Shown piece after piece: positions 52,496 through 61,582 of a stretch of 64,000 bases of DNA. How positions within the stretch are numbered: position 1 is the stretch's first letter; every line of letters begins with the position of its first letter. The notes below the pieces were generated by a model, which made no database searches, was not told the DNA's origin, and saw only the letters and a list, made by a program, of their open reading frames with translations. The position numbers and the translations under genes were made by a program. This stretch comes from an uncultured bacterium (GTDB lineage Bacteria > Verrucomicrobiota > Kiritimatiellia > CAIKKV01 > CAITUY01), in assembly GCA_903895695.1 (NCBI GenBank), contig CAITUY010000122.1, forward strand, positions 94 to 64,093, given 5' to 3'.

Positions 52496-53539
52496 CTACT
52501 TCAACGCCGAGTAATCCAGGTCGGTGGCGGCGCCGACCATGGCGAAGTAGTTCGCTTGGGGCACGTATTCGGGCACGCTGTTGCCGGTACCGAGCGCAAA
52601 CCCGCCATCACGCTTGCAGCGCTCGAGCATCGCCAGCGAGCGTTGCCGGACCTGTTCCGGGGCGGAACGGACCACGAAATCAAGATCGATCCCGCCCATA
52701 ATCGCGATCCGCTTATGGTATTTGTCATAGGTCTGTTCGACAGGCATGATCGTGTCCTCATACGAGTGTTTGCCGTCGTACTTCAGGTCATCGATGATGT
52801 CGTCCATGATGGTTTCCAGATTGCCGCAGGAATGCAGAATGGCGGGCCGGCCGGCGGCGTGGATGGTCTCGACGATCTTGCGGTGCCAGGGGAAGACAAA
52901 TTCGCGCATGGCGTCCGGCGACAGCATGGGTTGACTCTTGAATCCCCAGTCGTCATTGGAAATCATGGCCCCGACGGTGTCGTAGCGGCCGACGATCTGG
53001 TAATGGCGGACGAGCCGTGTCCCGACGGCGGCAAAGATATCGGCGGCCAGACGGGGGTCGTCCAACGTCAGGTAACAGGTGGCTTCGTAGCCCACCAGGT
53101 TCATGACGTTTTCGAGCACGCCGCCGGGACCGCAAACGATCAGTTTCATGCCCTCGGGCAGGTCGGGCCGGATAGCCTCCAGCGCTGAATAGTCCATCGC
53201 ATCGGGATCCGGCCAGGCGTAGGCCTCGAATGAGGCGCGATCGTTGATAACCGCGCCTTCATTCATGGATACGGTGCTCCCGCCGTGGCCCCGTGCGCCG
53301 GCGGGAAACCCAAGCCTGCTGCCGCTGACGGTGGCATAGTCGTAGCCTGCAGCCTGGAAGGCGGCCACCAGCAAGCGCATCTGCGCGATGGGCGCCGGGT
53401 CCACGGTAAACGCCGGACCGGATAGCTTCTTGTACAACGGGCCGTTGAGGAAGAATTCGAACAACGTGGGACGCTCCGGCGCCTGACGGTTGAGTACGCG
53501 GAGCAGATTGTTGAACTGAGGCCGGCGTTTCGCATCCAT
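52496..53539 (-). CDS. uroporphyrinogen decarboxylase family protein (MtaA/CmuA-like size and layout)
   Basis: 347 aa. The landmarks are NNLLRVLNRQAPERPTLFEF, VMNLVGYEATCYLTLDDPRLAADIFAAV, PAILHSCGNLETIMDDII and GGFALGTGNSVPEYVP. It is the most canonical of the five paralogs. Confidence 0.75.
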   Translation of the reverse strand: MDAKRRPQFNNLLRVLNRQAPERPTLFEFFLNGPLYKKLSGPAFTVDPAPIAQMRLLVAAFQAAGYDYATVSGSRLGFPAGARGHGGSTVSMNEGAVINDRASFEAYAWPDPDAMDYSALEAIRPDLPEGMKLIVCGPGGVLENVMNLVGYEATCYLTLDDPRLAADIFAAVGTRLVRHYQIVGRYDTVGAMISNDDWGFKSQPMLSPDAMREFVFPWHRKIVETIHAAGRPAILHSCGNLETIMDDIIDDLKYDGKHSYEDTIMPVEQTYDKYHKRIAIMGGIDLDFVVRSAPEQVRQRSLAMLERCKRDGGFALGTGNSVPEYVPQANYFAMVGAATDLDYSALK

Positions 53540-53671
53540 GGTTTCTCTCCCTTTGATCCTTCTGTCGGTCCAAACGTTTATCCGCGGGGCGCATCAAATG
53601 CAACCCCCGATCCTCTCGTCAGACTGCACGCCGCCAGAAAGGCCCTTGCCAGCGACGTCGGCGCGCCCAAT

Positions 53672-55447
53672 TCAGCCAAACCCTTCCGGCACCTGGCGGA
53701 ACACACGCGCGATACGCGACATCTCAAACTTAAGGGTGCGGTCGTAACTGTAAATGCCGTTTTGCTCCTGCTCCACGTCGGTGAGTTGGGTGTAGCAATA
53801 GCCGCTGATGTGCTTCTGCCGCAGGATCGCCTCCACCTGTCCGGCCAGGCGGCTGTAAAACTCCTCCAGCGAGTTCGGCCCTTCGCCGTAGCCCCATGAG
53901 TTGTCCGCCCAGGCCCGGCGTTCCTCGGGAATCCATTTGATACCACCGAACTCGTCCACCAGGTACGGCTGCCCCTCATAGGGCGCCTCGCGGTCCGGGA
54001 CGTTCCGAAACACGGCGCCGGCAGCAGACGGCGCAAGCTGCCCGGCCAGCTTCTGCGGATCCTGCTCGTAGGTGTGGACGGTCCACAGGTCGGTGCGGAC
54101 GTGTACGTAACCGCTGGCGTCATTGACCGGGCGCGTGGGATCGAGTGCGCGGCAAAGCGCATAGGCGTCGGCATGCAGGCGCTTGTGCAGATTCCAGTCG
54201 CACGCGCCGTTCGTCTCGTTGAACGGCGTCCAGGCAATGATCGACGGATGATTGCGATCGCGTTCCAGGATCTCGCGCCACTCAGCCAGCCAGGCCCAGG
54301 CCACGTCGCCGGCAACGGCCTGGCCCTTGGTGTCGAAAATGCCCATGCCCCAACTGGATGACTCGCCCCACGTCAAATACCCAAGTCTATCGGCCCAGTA
54401 ATGGAAGCGTTCCTCAAACACCTTCTGATGCAACCGGGCGCCATTGAAGCCGGCCTGCATGGACAGCTCGATGTCGTGCTTCAGGGCCGCATCGGTCGGC
54501 GCCGTCCAGATGCCATCGGGATAGAACCCCTGGTCCAGCACCAGCCGCTGGTACAACGGCGCGTTGTTCAGATACACGCGGTTGCCCGCGACGTGCACCT
54601 TGCGCAGGCCAGCATAGCTTTGGACCGTATCCACGGTCTCGCCGTCCTGGAGCACCTCGAACGTGAGGTCATAGAGAAAGGGGTCCTCGGGAGACCACGG
54701 CCGGGCTGACGGCACCGGCAGTACCAGGGGCGCGCCCTGCATCGCCGTGCCTTCGGCCTGCGCGATGCTCGACCCGCCGGAGTGCAGCGAGGCGCGCCAA
54801 CTCAGGCCGTGCTCCAGGGCATAGAACCGGGGCACGACCACAAAGCGACCCCCGTCAAGATCGGGCAGGATCTGAACATTTTGCAGCCCGCACGGATGCA
54901 CGGCCTCAAGCCAGACCGTTTGCCAGATGCCGGTCGTGCGCGTGTAGTGACAGCCGGCCGACTTGAACTGGCCGCACTGCTTCCCCACGGGTTGTCGGCC
55001 GCCACGCACATCGTCCAGCGCATGGATGATCAGGTTATGCGTGCCGCCGGCTTTGACATAACGTGTGAGGTCGTGGGAGAAACCGGCCGTCCCGCCGTAG
55101 TGCCGGCCGACCTCCTGCCCATCAATGAAGACGCCGCTTTCGAAGTCAATGCCTCCGCAATGGATCAGGATGCGGCGGCCTTGCCAGTCGGGCGGGATGA
55201 CGATCTTGCGGTGATACCAGAGCGAATCGATGAAATCGGTATAGCCCACGCCGCTCAGTTTGCTCTCCGGGCAGAACGGCACGGTAATCTCCCGGTCGAA
55301 CCCGGCCGACTTCTGCCATCCATGCCCCTGGTGCCAACCGGAACGGCCGAAATCGAAGGCAAACGTCCAGCGCCCGTTCAGATTGAGCCAGGAATCTCGG
55401 ACGAACTGCGGGCGGGGATGCTCGGCTCGGGGCACTGCTTCATTCAT
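53672..55447 (-). CDS. glycoside hydrolase family 2 (beta-galactosidase/beta-glucuronidase-like)
   Basis: ORF 53672..55480. The start is ATG 55447 (MNEAVPRAEHPRPQFVRDSWLNLNGRWTFAFD). ...GFNGARLHQKV...RDRNHPSIIAWTPFNE carries the GH2 acid/base NE motif. No signal peptide is seen. Confidence 0.8.
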   Translation of the reverse strand: MNEAVPRAEHPRPQFVRDSWLNLNGRWTFAFDFGRSGWHQGHGWQKSAGFDREITVPFCPESKLSGVGYTDFIDSLWYHRKIVIPPDWQGRRILIHCGGIDFESGVFIDGQEVGRHYGGTAGFSHDLTRYVKAGGTHNLIIHALDDVRGGRQPVGKQCGQFKSAGCHYTRTTGIWQTVWLEAVHPCGLQNVQILPDLDGGRFVVVPRFYALEHGLSWRASLHSGGSSIAQAEGTAMQGAPLVLPVPSARPWSPEDPFLYDLTFEVLQDGETVDTVQSYAGLRKVHVAGNRVYLNNAPLYQRLVLDQGFYPDGIWTAPTDAALKHDIELSMQAGFNGARLHQKVFEERFHYWADRLGYLTWGESSSWGMGIFDTKGQAVAGDVAWAWLAEWREILERDRNHPSIIAWTPFNETNGACDWNLHKRLHADAYALCRALDPTRPVNDASGYVHVRTDLWTVHTYEQDPQKLAGQLAPSAAGAVFRNVPDREAPYEGQPYLVDEFGGIKWIPEERRAWADNSWGYGEGPNSLEEFYSRLAGQVEAILRQKHISGYCYTQLTDVEQEQNGIYSYDRTLKFEMSRIARVFRQVPEGFG

Positions 55448-55449
55448 GG

Positions 55450-55872
55450 TCACTCCTTCACACTCTTGAAAGGGTTGCATACGGTGAGACCATCGAACTT
55501 CTGGCCGTCATTGAGGTCCTCTGTATAAAGGATGTCACACCGGGCTTTCTGGGCGGCAACGATGACGAGAGCGTCCCAGAACGAGACCCGCCACAGAATA
55601 TTGCCTTCTATTGCCCTGCCGATGTCATCCAATTCGATCGTCACCGTTCTCAAGTTCCTGAACGAATGGATGATGTCCTTCACCTTCAGCGGAGCTATGT
55701 TCAGCTTGCGGGTGGCTGTGACGTAGAACTCCTGGACAACCTGGGTGGATATGCACGGCGGGAGAGCGCCCGATTCCCGCCTCATGATCTCCCTGGCCGC
55801 TTTCCGCTTGGCGGGTTGGTCCAGGTCACAGGCATAGACCAGGATGTTGGTATCCAGAAATCGGTTAGACAT
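55450..55872 (-). CDS. vapC: PIN-domain toxin (VapC-like)
   Basis: ORF 55450..55926. The start is ATG 55872 (MSNRFLDTNILVYACD...). ...FWDALIVAAAQ-type and ...ILYTEDL motifs are present (FWDALVIVAAQKARCDILYTEDLNDG). Its stop is 2 nt from the GH2 start codon. Confidence 0.8.
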   Translation of the reverse strand: MSNRFLDTNILVYACDLDQPAKRKAAREIMRRESGALPPCISTQVVQEFYVTATRKLNIAPLKVKDIIHSFRNLRTVTIELDDIGRAIEGNILWRVSFWDALVIVAAQKARCDILYTEDLNDGQKFDGLTVCNPFKSVKE

Positions 55873-56089
55873 CGTAGAGGTCCTCCCGTTTCCATTTCTT
55901 CCCGCCGGAGTGCCCTTTAGCCTCATCCATCTTGGCCAGGCATTCCACGACCCAGTCCGTACGCTCCTCCCTGACTACCTGCGTTAGAAGATCGCGGACG
56001 AGCGCATTGAGGGTCGTATGGTGCTCCTGCGCATAGCGTCGCCCCTGTTCGACCAACTCCTCTGAAACCGACAATGTCAGGTTCTTCAT
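55865..56089 (-). CDS. antitoxin (RHH/CopG-like) paired with the PIN toxin
   Basis: 74 aa from ATG 56089. MKNLTLSVSEELVEQGRRYAQEHHTTLNALVRDLLTQ is an RHH-like pattern. It overlaps the toxin by 8 nt. Confidence 0.6.
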   Translation of the reverse strand: MKNLTLSVSEELVEQGRRYAQEHHTTLNALVRDLLTQVVREERTDWVVECLAKMDEAKGHSGGKKWKREDLYDV

Positions 56090-56107
56090 CTTGGCCACCT
56101 CGCATTC

Positions 56108-56137
56108 ACACGTAATACGTTTGCACGTATTATGTGT
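56108..56137. promoter_or_regulatory. putative operator: 13-bp inverted repeat upstream of the antitoxin
   Basis: acacgtaatacgt, ttgc, acgtattatgtgt. The arms are complementary at 12/13 positions. It starts 19 nt upstream of ATG 56089. Confidence 0.45.
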
Positions 56138-56179
56138 AATGTCAATCCCGCCCTTCCCGGCGCGGGCGACGACCATCCT

Positions 56180-56260
56180 GCGTGGCACGGGCGTCTCGCC
56201 CGTAGCCGCTTCTCCTCGCCCAACCATTCGCCGGCTACGGGCTGGAAGCCCGTGCCACGC
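56180..56260. repeat. REP-like GC-rich double-hairpin element
   Basis: The outer arms are gcgtggcacgggc (56180-56192) and gcccgtgccacgc (56248-56260). The inner arms are cccgtagccg (56199-56208) and cggctacggg (56232-56241). Each half can also fold locally (acgggc-N5-gcccgt). It lies between the 56296 gene stop and the TA promoter. Confidence 0.6.
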
Positions 56261-56295
56261 CCGTCGCCTCTTTCCTCGCACGCCGTGCCGCCGAC

Positions 56296-58266
56296 CTACT
56301 TCCAGCGCTCGCTCACGAATTTCGGGTCGAGCCGGGCCGCCTGCATCAGGAAGACCATCGCCCAATCCTGGTCGTTGGCCAGGGGGTCCCAGAAGCGGCC
56401 GGGGTTCCCGTTCACGGCGTCGGGATAAATGTAGACGCAGCAGGCGCTGCCGTCCGCGCGAAAGGCACTGAGGTTGTTCAGCAGGATCTCGCGGCCGCGC
56501 CGCCGGTAGGTCTCGTCCCCCGTCGCCTGCCAGTACCTGTAAAACGCCCACCCGGACGCCGCGCTCCAGTAGTGCGGGAACGTGTCGCCCCATGTCCGCC
56601 GGCCACCGAACCAGAACCCATCCCAGTGGCGGATGGCGATGTCGTGCAGGTGATGGTCCGGCTGACGCCCGTTGAATGCGTCCAGCGCCGGCAGCAATTG
56701 GCGCGCGCCGTCGAGGTAACGGGCCTCGCGCGTGAGCAGATAGCACTCGAGCGCGATGAGAACGGCCGGGCCCACGATGGTCTGCTCGTAGTTGACCTCG
56801 TGCGGCGGCAGCTTGAGCCCGGCCTGAACCACCCGGTCACCATGACGCAAAAAATCCGCCGTCAGGAGCGCCGCCTCGCGCTCACGCCCGGCCGCCTTGA
56901 AGGTGTCGACCGTGTCGACCATCGGAATGCCGATGGCATAAAACGCATCGCCGCCGCGCTGGTAGTAGCTGCGCAACGTCCGGAAACAATCGGTCAGGAA
57001 ACGCGGCTCGCCCAAGGCCCGGTTCATTTCCAAGTGAAGCTGGGCCACCCAGGGGTAGTTGTAAAGACGCTGCCCTTTGTCACCCACCGCGCCATAGACC
57101 GTTCCATCGGTCTCCTGCAGCTTTGTCCGAACAAAACGCTGATGGAGCCGCACGGACGCCTCGGTCTTGGCATTGGGCCAGCGTTGCAGGGATTGCGCCA
57201 GCAGCACGCCCATGCCGATTCGCTCGCGTCCCTCATCCTGATCGGCCCACGCCGGGTTGCAGAGTTGGGCCTGCAGGTTGTTATCGTACGAGAGCAGCGC
57301 GCCATAATTCTGGTGGCGCCGGTCGCGCACTTGCTGCCGGTCGCGGATGAACGCCACACGCTGCCGCACAAGCTCGCTCACGCTCGCGATATGCTGGATA
57401 CGCAGCCATGTCTCGCGGTTGCCCGGCAGGTGAACCTTGATGGTGTCGCCTTCCGCCTTGTCGACGGTCGCCGCTGGATCGCTCACCGTGATGCGCGGCC
57501 TGGCCGACCCGGTCACGGTATAGGTCGACGCGCGCACCTCGACGAAACCCGGGACCGCCCGTGCCTTGGCGAAGAAGTCATCCCAACCCTGGTGCCAGAA
57601 GCATGTCCAGGCAATACGGTACACCTGGCCGGCTTTCAGGGTCAGGCCGTTCGAGTTGAACACCATGCTACCGCGCATGTTCGAGCCGCCGTTCATGAGC
57701 CCGCGGCCGTCGATGCTGTACCCGCCGACAAACCCTTCGGTCAGCACCAGGCCGAGGTGCGGCGCGGTCCCGCCCATGCGCAGGCAGCACGCATACGCCA
57801 CATTCCCGCCGCACCACAGATGCGCGTTGCAGCGCTTGGTGACGCACGTGGCGGCATTCGGATAGTTGTCGTTGAAAGGAACATACAGGCCAATTCCCCA
57901 GATCGGCTGCTCGTCCTTCGAGCGATTCCGGAACTCGAAGGTCTCATCAAAGCGCTCGCCCCGGAGGCGCCGGGTGACGGTCACCTCCACGGGGCCCACC
58001 TGGTACCGGCTGCGGGCCGCGTTGCGCGTGACGCTGACCGCTGCGGGCCGCTGCCAGCGCTGCGGACCGTTGCCTCCGGGCATGGCGAGAAATCCCAGGC
58101 CCCAGCCGTGCGAGTCGAGCAGGGCCGAATTCTCGGCGCTGTCGCAGACCCAGTTCATGGCGTGCGGGTCGGCCGGATGGCTCACCCGGGCCACGGCGCC
58201 GGTGTACGGATTGATGCCGATGGCCCAGCGTTTGCCGGCAAGTTTCAGAGTCCGATAGCCGCTCAT
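56296..58266 (-). CDS. hypothetical cytoplasmic glycoside-hydrolase-like protein (beta-sandwich plus alpha/alpha-toroid suspected)
   Basis: 656 aa. The C-terminal half has helical-repeat character (…YNYPWVAQLHLEM…, …HYWSAASGWAFYRYWQATGDETY…). No confident family was recognised. Confidence 0.45.
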   Translation of the reverse strand: MSGYRTLKLAGKRWAIGINPYTGAVARVSHPADPHAMNWVCDSAENSALLDSHGWGLGFLAMPGGNGPQRWQRPAAVSVTRNAARSRYQVGPVEVTVTRRLRGERFDETFEFRNRSKDEQPIWGIGLYVPFNDNYPNAATCVTKRCNAHLWCGGNVAYACCLRMGGTAPHLGLVLTEGFVGGYSIDGRGLMNGGSNMRGSMVFNSNGLTLKAGQVYRIAWTCFWHQGWDDFFAKARAVPGFVEVRASTYTVTGSARPRITVSDPAATVDKAEGDTIKVHLPGNRETWLRIQHIASVSELVRQRVAFIRDRQQVRDRRHQNYGALLSYDNNLQAQLCNPAWADQDEGRERIGMGVLLAQSLQRWPNAKTEASVRLHQRFVRTKLQETDGTVYGAVGDKGQRLYNYPWVAQLHLEMNRALGEPRFLTDCFRTLRSYYQRGGDAFYAIGIPMVDTVDTFKAAGREREAALLTADFLRHGDRVVQAGLKLPPHEVNYEQTIVGPAVLIALECYLLTREARYLDGARQLLPALDAFNGRQPDHHLHDIAIRHWDGFWFGGRRTWGDTFPHYWSAASGWAFYRYWQATGDETYRRRGREILLNNLSAFRADGSACCVYIYPDAVNGNPGRFWDPLANDQDWAMVFLMQAARLDPKFVSERWK

Positions 58267-58298
58267 GGTATTAATCCTCCTCCGCAGTCAATCCGATG

Positions 58299-60476
58299 TC
58301 ACTCAAGCCCCTCGCCCCAGACGCCAACCTCGCCATCACTCCGGCGGCGCAGGACGCCGTGCCGGCACCCGCGGCAGACAATGCGTCGACCCTCCCAGAC
58401 AAAGGCGCCGTCTACCGGTGCCGCATGTCGGGCACAGAGGACGAGCAGGCGTTCATCGCCGCGCACATACGGGAACGCGAACAAACCGGCGGGAGCCGCA
58501 GGAGTGACTGGCAGCAAAGCCGCTAGCGCCCCCGGGATCTGCGGCAGTTCGGTCGTCACCGTCGTCACCGTGCCGCGCCGGATGCCGATCACCCGTTCGC
58601 CCCAGCGCGCGATGGGTTCGCCGCCTGCGAGTTCCCACACCTTGGCGTTGTCGGCGTAAGTATTGTCGGGATTGGATCGCCAGTTGGGCACCAGGAGTCC
58701 GGGATCGAGAACCCAGGCGCGCCCCGCGATGTCAACGGTCGCGCCGTAAGGCATCGCCAGCGCCGCCTCGCGCGCGACCGGGGCACACCCGGCCAGCGCG
58801 GCCCAGCGCGCATGCATGTCCGCGCCGGAATCGTTCTTCCAAGCCGGCGGCCCGATCAGCACGACCTCGACGCCGGCGGCCGCCGCCTGCTCCAACGCGC
58901 CCCAGGCCGCAACCTCGAGGCGACTGGGCCACAGCGCGACGATGCGCCGGAAGTTACCCAGCCCGGTCGCCCAGCGCCCGGCCTCGGCATGTCCGGCCGC
59001 CAGCGTCGGCGGATCCACGACCGTAATCGCCGCCTGGGCCACGCTCAGTTCCAGGCAGGCCATGAGCAAATCGCGCCGGTGCTGGTGATGATAGTTCCCG
59101 GGGAAGTCGGCCAGGCCGCGCCAATGGTATAGCACGGCGGTGTCGGGCGCCGGCGTGGCGCAGGCCAGTTGATCCAACAAGCCGCGATGCGCCGCGAGAT
59201 ACCCGCCCATGCCCGCCCAGGTCGGATGATGCGGATAGCCCGGGCCGAACATCCCGCTGCCGTGATAGACGTGGCCGAGCCAGCGTACGCCGAGGCAACC
59301 CATCAGCCGCAGGTAATAGGCCAGGTGCTCCGCGGTCGGACGAAAACCCCAGGAGTTGTTCCAGGCTTCCCCGCTCGGCGATAGCGCCGCCATGGCGCGG
59401 GCGAGCAGGCCCATCGTCACCATGCTGTCCTCGCGTTCAAAGACCGAGTCGGTGCAACCGGCGGTCAGCCCCTGGTTGTGGCGGAAGTAGTCGACGCTGC
59501 CGATGCGGAAGTCGTCGGATAACTCCTCGTGCATGGTGCGGTGAATGCCGACCATCAGCCCCGGATTGCGGCCGCCGAGCTTCGGATGCGCCAGAGCCCG
59601 GCGCTTGAAGTCGCCCTCGAGCAGGGCGAGTTGCGACTCCAGCAGCTCGGCGAAATCGAGCCGCACCTTGCCGGAATCGCGCCCGGCCACATCCAGCCAG
59701 AGATCAACCAGCCGGGTGCGCAGGTCGTAGCCGAAGCGCTCGGCAAAAACGCCGTACAGGCGCTCGCTGACCGGATAGGCGTCATCCAGGAAATCGAAAC
59801 CGAAATGCGGTTCGTCCCAGACCACGCCGGCCACGGGGTGCTCGCCGGCAAAGTCGCACATCCGGTCGAGATACACGCCCTGTGCGGGATGCCCGAGGTC
59901 GCGGTTGGCGTAGGCGAAACGCTGGCGCACGACCACGAGCAGTTCGCCCGCGGCCACGCCGTCCAGTGCCCAGTCCTGCCGGGTCACGGCGCCGCCGCGC
60001 TGCCGGGTCATGGCGCACCCGCCGCCTTCGCTGGTCTGCGTGAGCAGGCGGCAACGCGACCCGACCTCTTCGACTTGCCACGAGGCTCCCTGCGGCCGCA
60101 GCAACCAGGCATTCTCGAGCACCCGGGTCGAGGGGTCGCCCCAGCCGACCTCCAGCGTGAACCGGCCCTCGCGCACGGGAACCCGGTTATGCGCCAGGGA
60201 GTCGGTGAAGAGTTCCGGATGATCGGCCACCATGTCGCCGGCACAATGGTTGAGACTGGCATCGAGCGCGACGTCCAACCCGACCCGGCGCGCCTCCTCG
60301 CAAACGCGCGCCGCCGCCGCCCGGAAGCGCGGCGACCGGAACGGCGCCCGGGTGTTGCGAAACTCCAGGTAGATGGAGTCGAAGCCCTTGGACTTGATGT
60401 CAGCCAGGCTGCGTGCGCTGATCGCCGGATCGAAGACCTCAGCCTCGGTCAAACCATAGAAAAGCATCTGGCGCAT
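58299..60476 (-). CDS. hypothetical cytoplasmic TIM-barrel glycoside-hydrolase-like protein
   Basis: 725 aa. MRQMLFYGLTEAEVFDP...KSKGFDSIYLEFRN... The C-terminal part resembles the GATase-like trimerisation domain of GH42-type enzymes (tentative). Confidence 0.45.
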   Translation of the reverse strand: MRQMLFYGLTEAEVFDPAISARSLADIKSKGFDSIYLEFRNTRAPFRSPRFRAAAARVCEEARRVGLDVALDASLNHCAGDMVADHPELFTDSLAHNRVPVREGRFTLEVGWGDPSTRVLENAWLLRPQGASWQVEEVGSRCRLLTQTSEGGGCAMTRQRGGAVTRQDWALDGVAAGELLVVVRQRFAYANRDLGHPAQGVYLDRMCDFAGEHPVAGVVWDEPHFGFDFLDDAYPVSERLYGVFAERFGYDLRTRLVDLWLDVAGRDSGKVRLDFAELLESQLALLEGDFKRRALAHPKLGGRNPGLMVGIHRTMHEELSDDFRIGSVDYFRHNQGLTAGCTDSVFEREDSMVTMGLLARAMAALSPSGEAWNNSWGFRPTAEHLAYYLRLMGCLGVRWLGHVYHGSGMFGPGYPHHPTWAGMGGYLAAHRGLLDQLACATPAPDTAVLYHWRGLADFPGNYHHQHRRDLLMACLELSVAQAAITVVDPPTLAAGHAEAGRWATGLGNFRRIVALWPSRLEVAAWGALEQAAAAGVEVVLIGPPAWKNDSGADMHARWAALAGCAPVAREAALAMPYGATVDIAGRAWVLDPGLLVPNWRSNPDNTYADNAKVWELAGGEPIARWGERVIGIRRGTVTTVTTELPQIPGALAALLPVTPAAPAGLFAFPYVRGDERLLVLCARHAAPVDGAFVWEGRRIVCRGCRHGVLRRRSDGEVGVWGEGLE

Positions 60477-60506
60477 AACGATCGCTCCCGCCTAAGGAAG
60501 GACAAC

Positions 60507-61580
60507 TCAGAACCGCAAGGCCCGGACCTGGTCCAAGTACCAACGGTAGTCGGCCAGCGAAACCCCGGGTGTAATGAGGTGGTCCGGCATCATCATGAAG
60601 CCGCCATCCTTCATGAGCGGGATCAGGCGCTGGAGTTCGGCGGTGACGGCCGCATGGCTCTTCTCCAGGGTCATCTTGTCGAACTGGCCGATAATGTGGA
60701 GATCCCTGCCGTACTTCTTGCGGTACGCCATTCCGTCCGCCTTCCAGACACCCACTTCGATGGGGAACTGGACGTTGACGCCTGCGTCGAGCCAGGGCCC
60801 AACCAGGGCCGTCACATCGCCATCCGAATCGATGCCGTACAACTTGCAGCCGTACTGCTCCAGCTTGTTGCGGATCTTCAGGTAACCCGGCGCCACGCAC
60901 TCACGGAAGATGTCCGGGCTCACAAACGGCCCGCTGCGGCCGCAGATGTCTTCCCAGCCGAACCCCATGTCGACCTTGATCTTGGGCAGCACTTGATCGG
61001 CCGCCCAGCAGACCAGGTCGGCGATCGTCATGACCATCTCGCCAAATGTGTCGCGATGGTCATACATGAAGTACGCCAGGTTCTCGACCCCCATCCAATC
61101 GCGGAGCCAGCCCATCAGCGAACCGGTCCAGAAGGTGATCGGCAACCCCGAGGCCAGGGCTCGCGCCACTTGCGCGTCGAGGTCGGCCGGTATCGGTATG
61201 CGCTTGGGGTCGGGCTGGAGCCGCCACTTGTAGTGCTCCTCCCAGTCCCGCGGCGTCTTCAGCGTGAAGTCAATGTAGTGGGGAATGTTGCTTTGCCGCT
61301 TCCACGCCTGGCAGACGACACCGCTGCCATCCCGGTAGGTCCGGGTCTCTTCCGTCTCGGAGATCGTCTGCTCCTCGAACGCTGGGAACAGCCCGACATT
61401 GGCGCCGACTCCCGTCCAATGCGGTCTCGTGCCCAGGATCTCATGGATGTCACGGTCCCGCGGCAACCCTTCCGCGTACCAGCGTTCCAGGGTCTCTGTC
61501 CAGCCCGACCAATGCACGACAGGCATCCGGTCGGCTCCGCGATAGTTCATCAAGTTAAGAAACAATTCTCGATTGGTCAT
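60507..61580 (-). CDS. divergent URO-D-family TIM-barrel protein
   Basis: ORF 60507..61715. The start is ATG 61580 (MTNRELFLNLMNYRGADRMPVVHW...). The landmarks are LRDWMGVENLAYFMYDHRDTFGEMV and the strand KLYGIDSDGDVTALV. Its start lies 2 nt after the GH94 stop. Confidence 0.55.
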   Translation of the reverse strand: MTNRELFLNLMNYRGADRMPVVHWSGWTETLERWYAEGLPRDRDIHEILGTRPHWTGVGANVGLFPAFEEQTISETEETRTYRDGSGVVCQAWKRQSNIPHYIDFTLKTPRDWEEHYKWRLQPDPKRIPIPADLDAQVARALASGLPITFWTGSLMGWLRDWMGVENLAYFMYDHRDTFGEMVMTIADLVCWAADQVLPKIKVDMGFGWEDICGRSGPFVSPDIFRECVAPGYLKIRNKLEQYGCKLYGIDSDGDVTALVGPWLDAGVNVQFPIEVGVWKADGMAYRKKYGRDLHIIGQFDKMTLEKSHAAVTAELQRLIPLMKDGGFMMMPDHLITPGVSLADYRWYLDQVRALRF

Positions 61581-61582
61581 GA

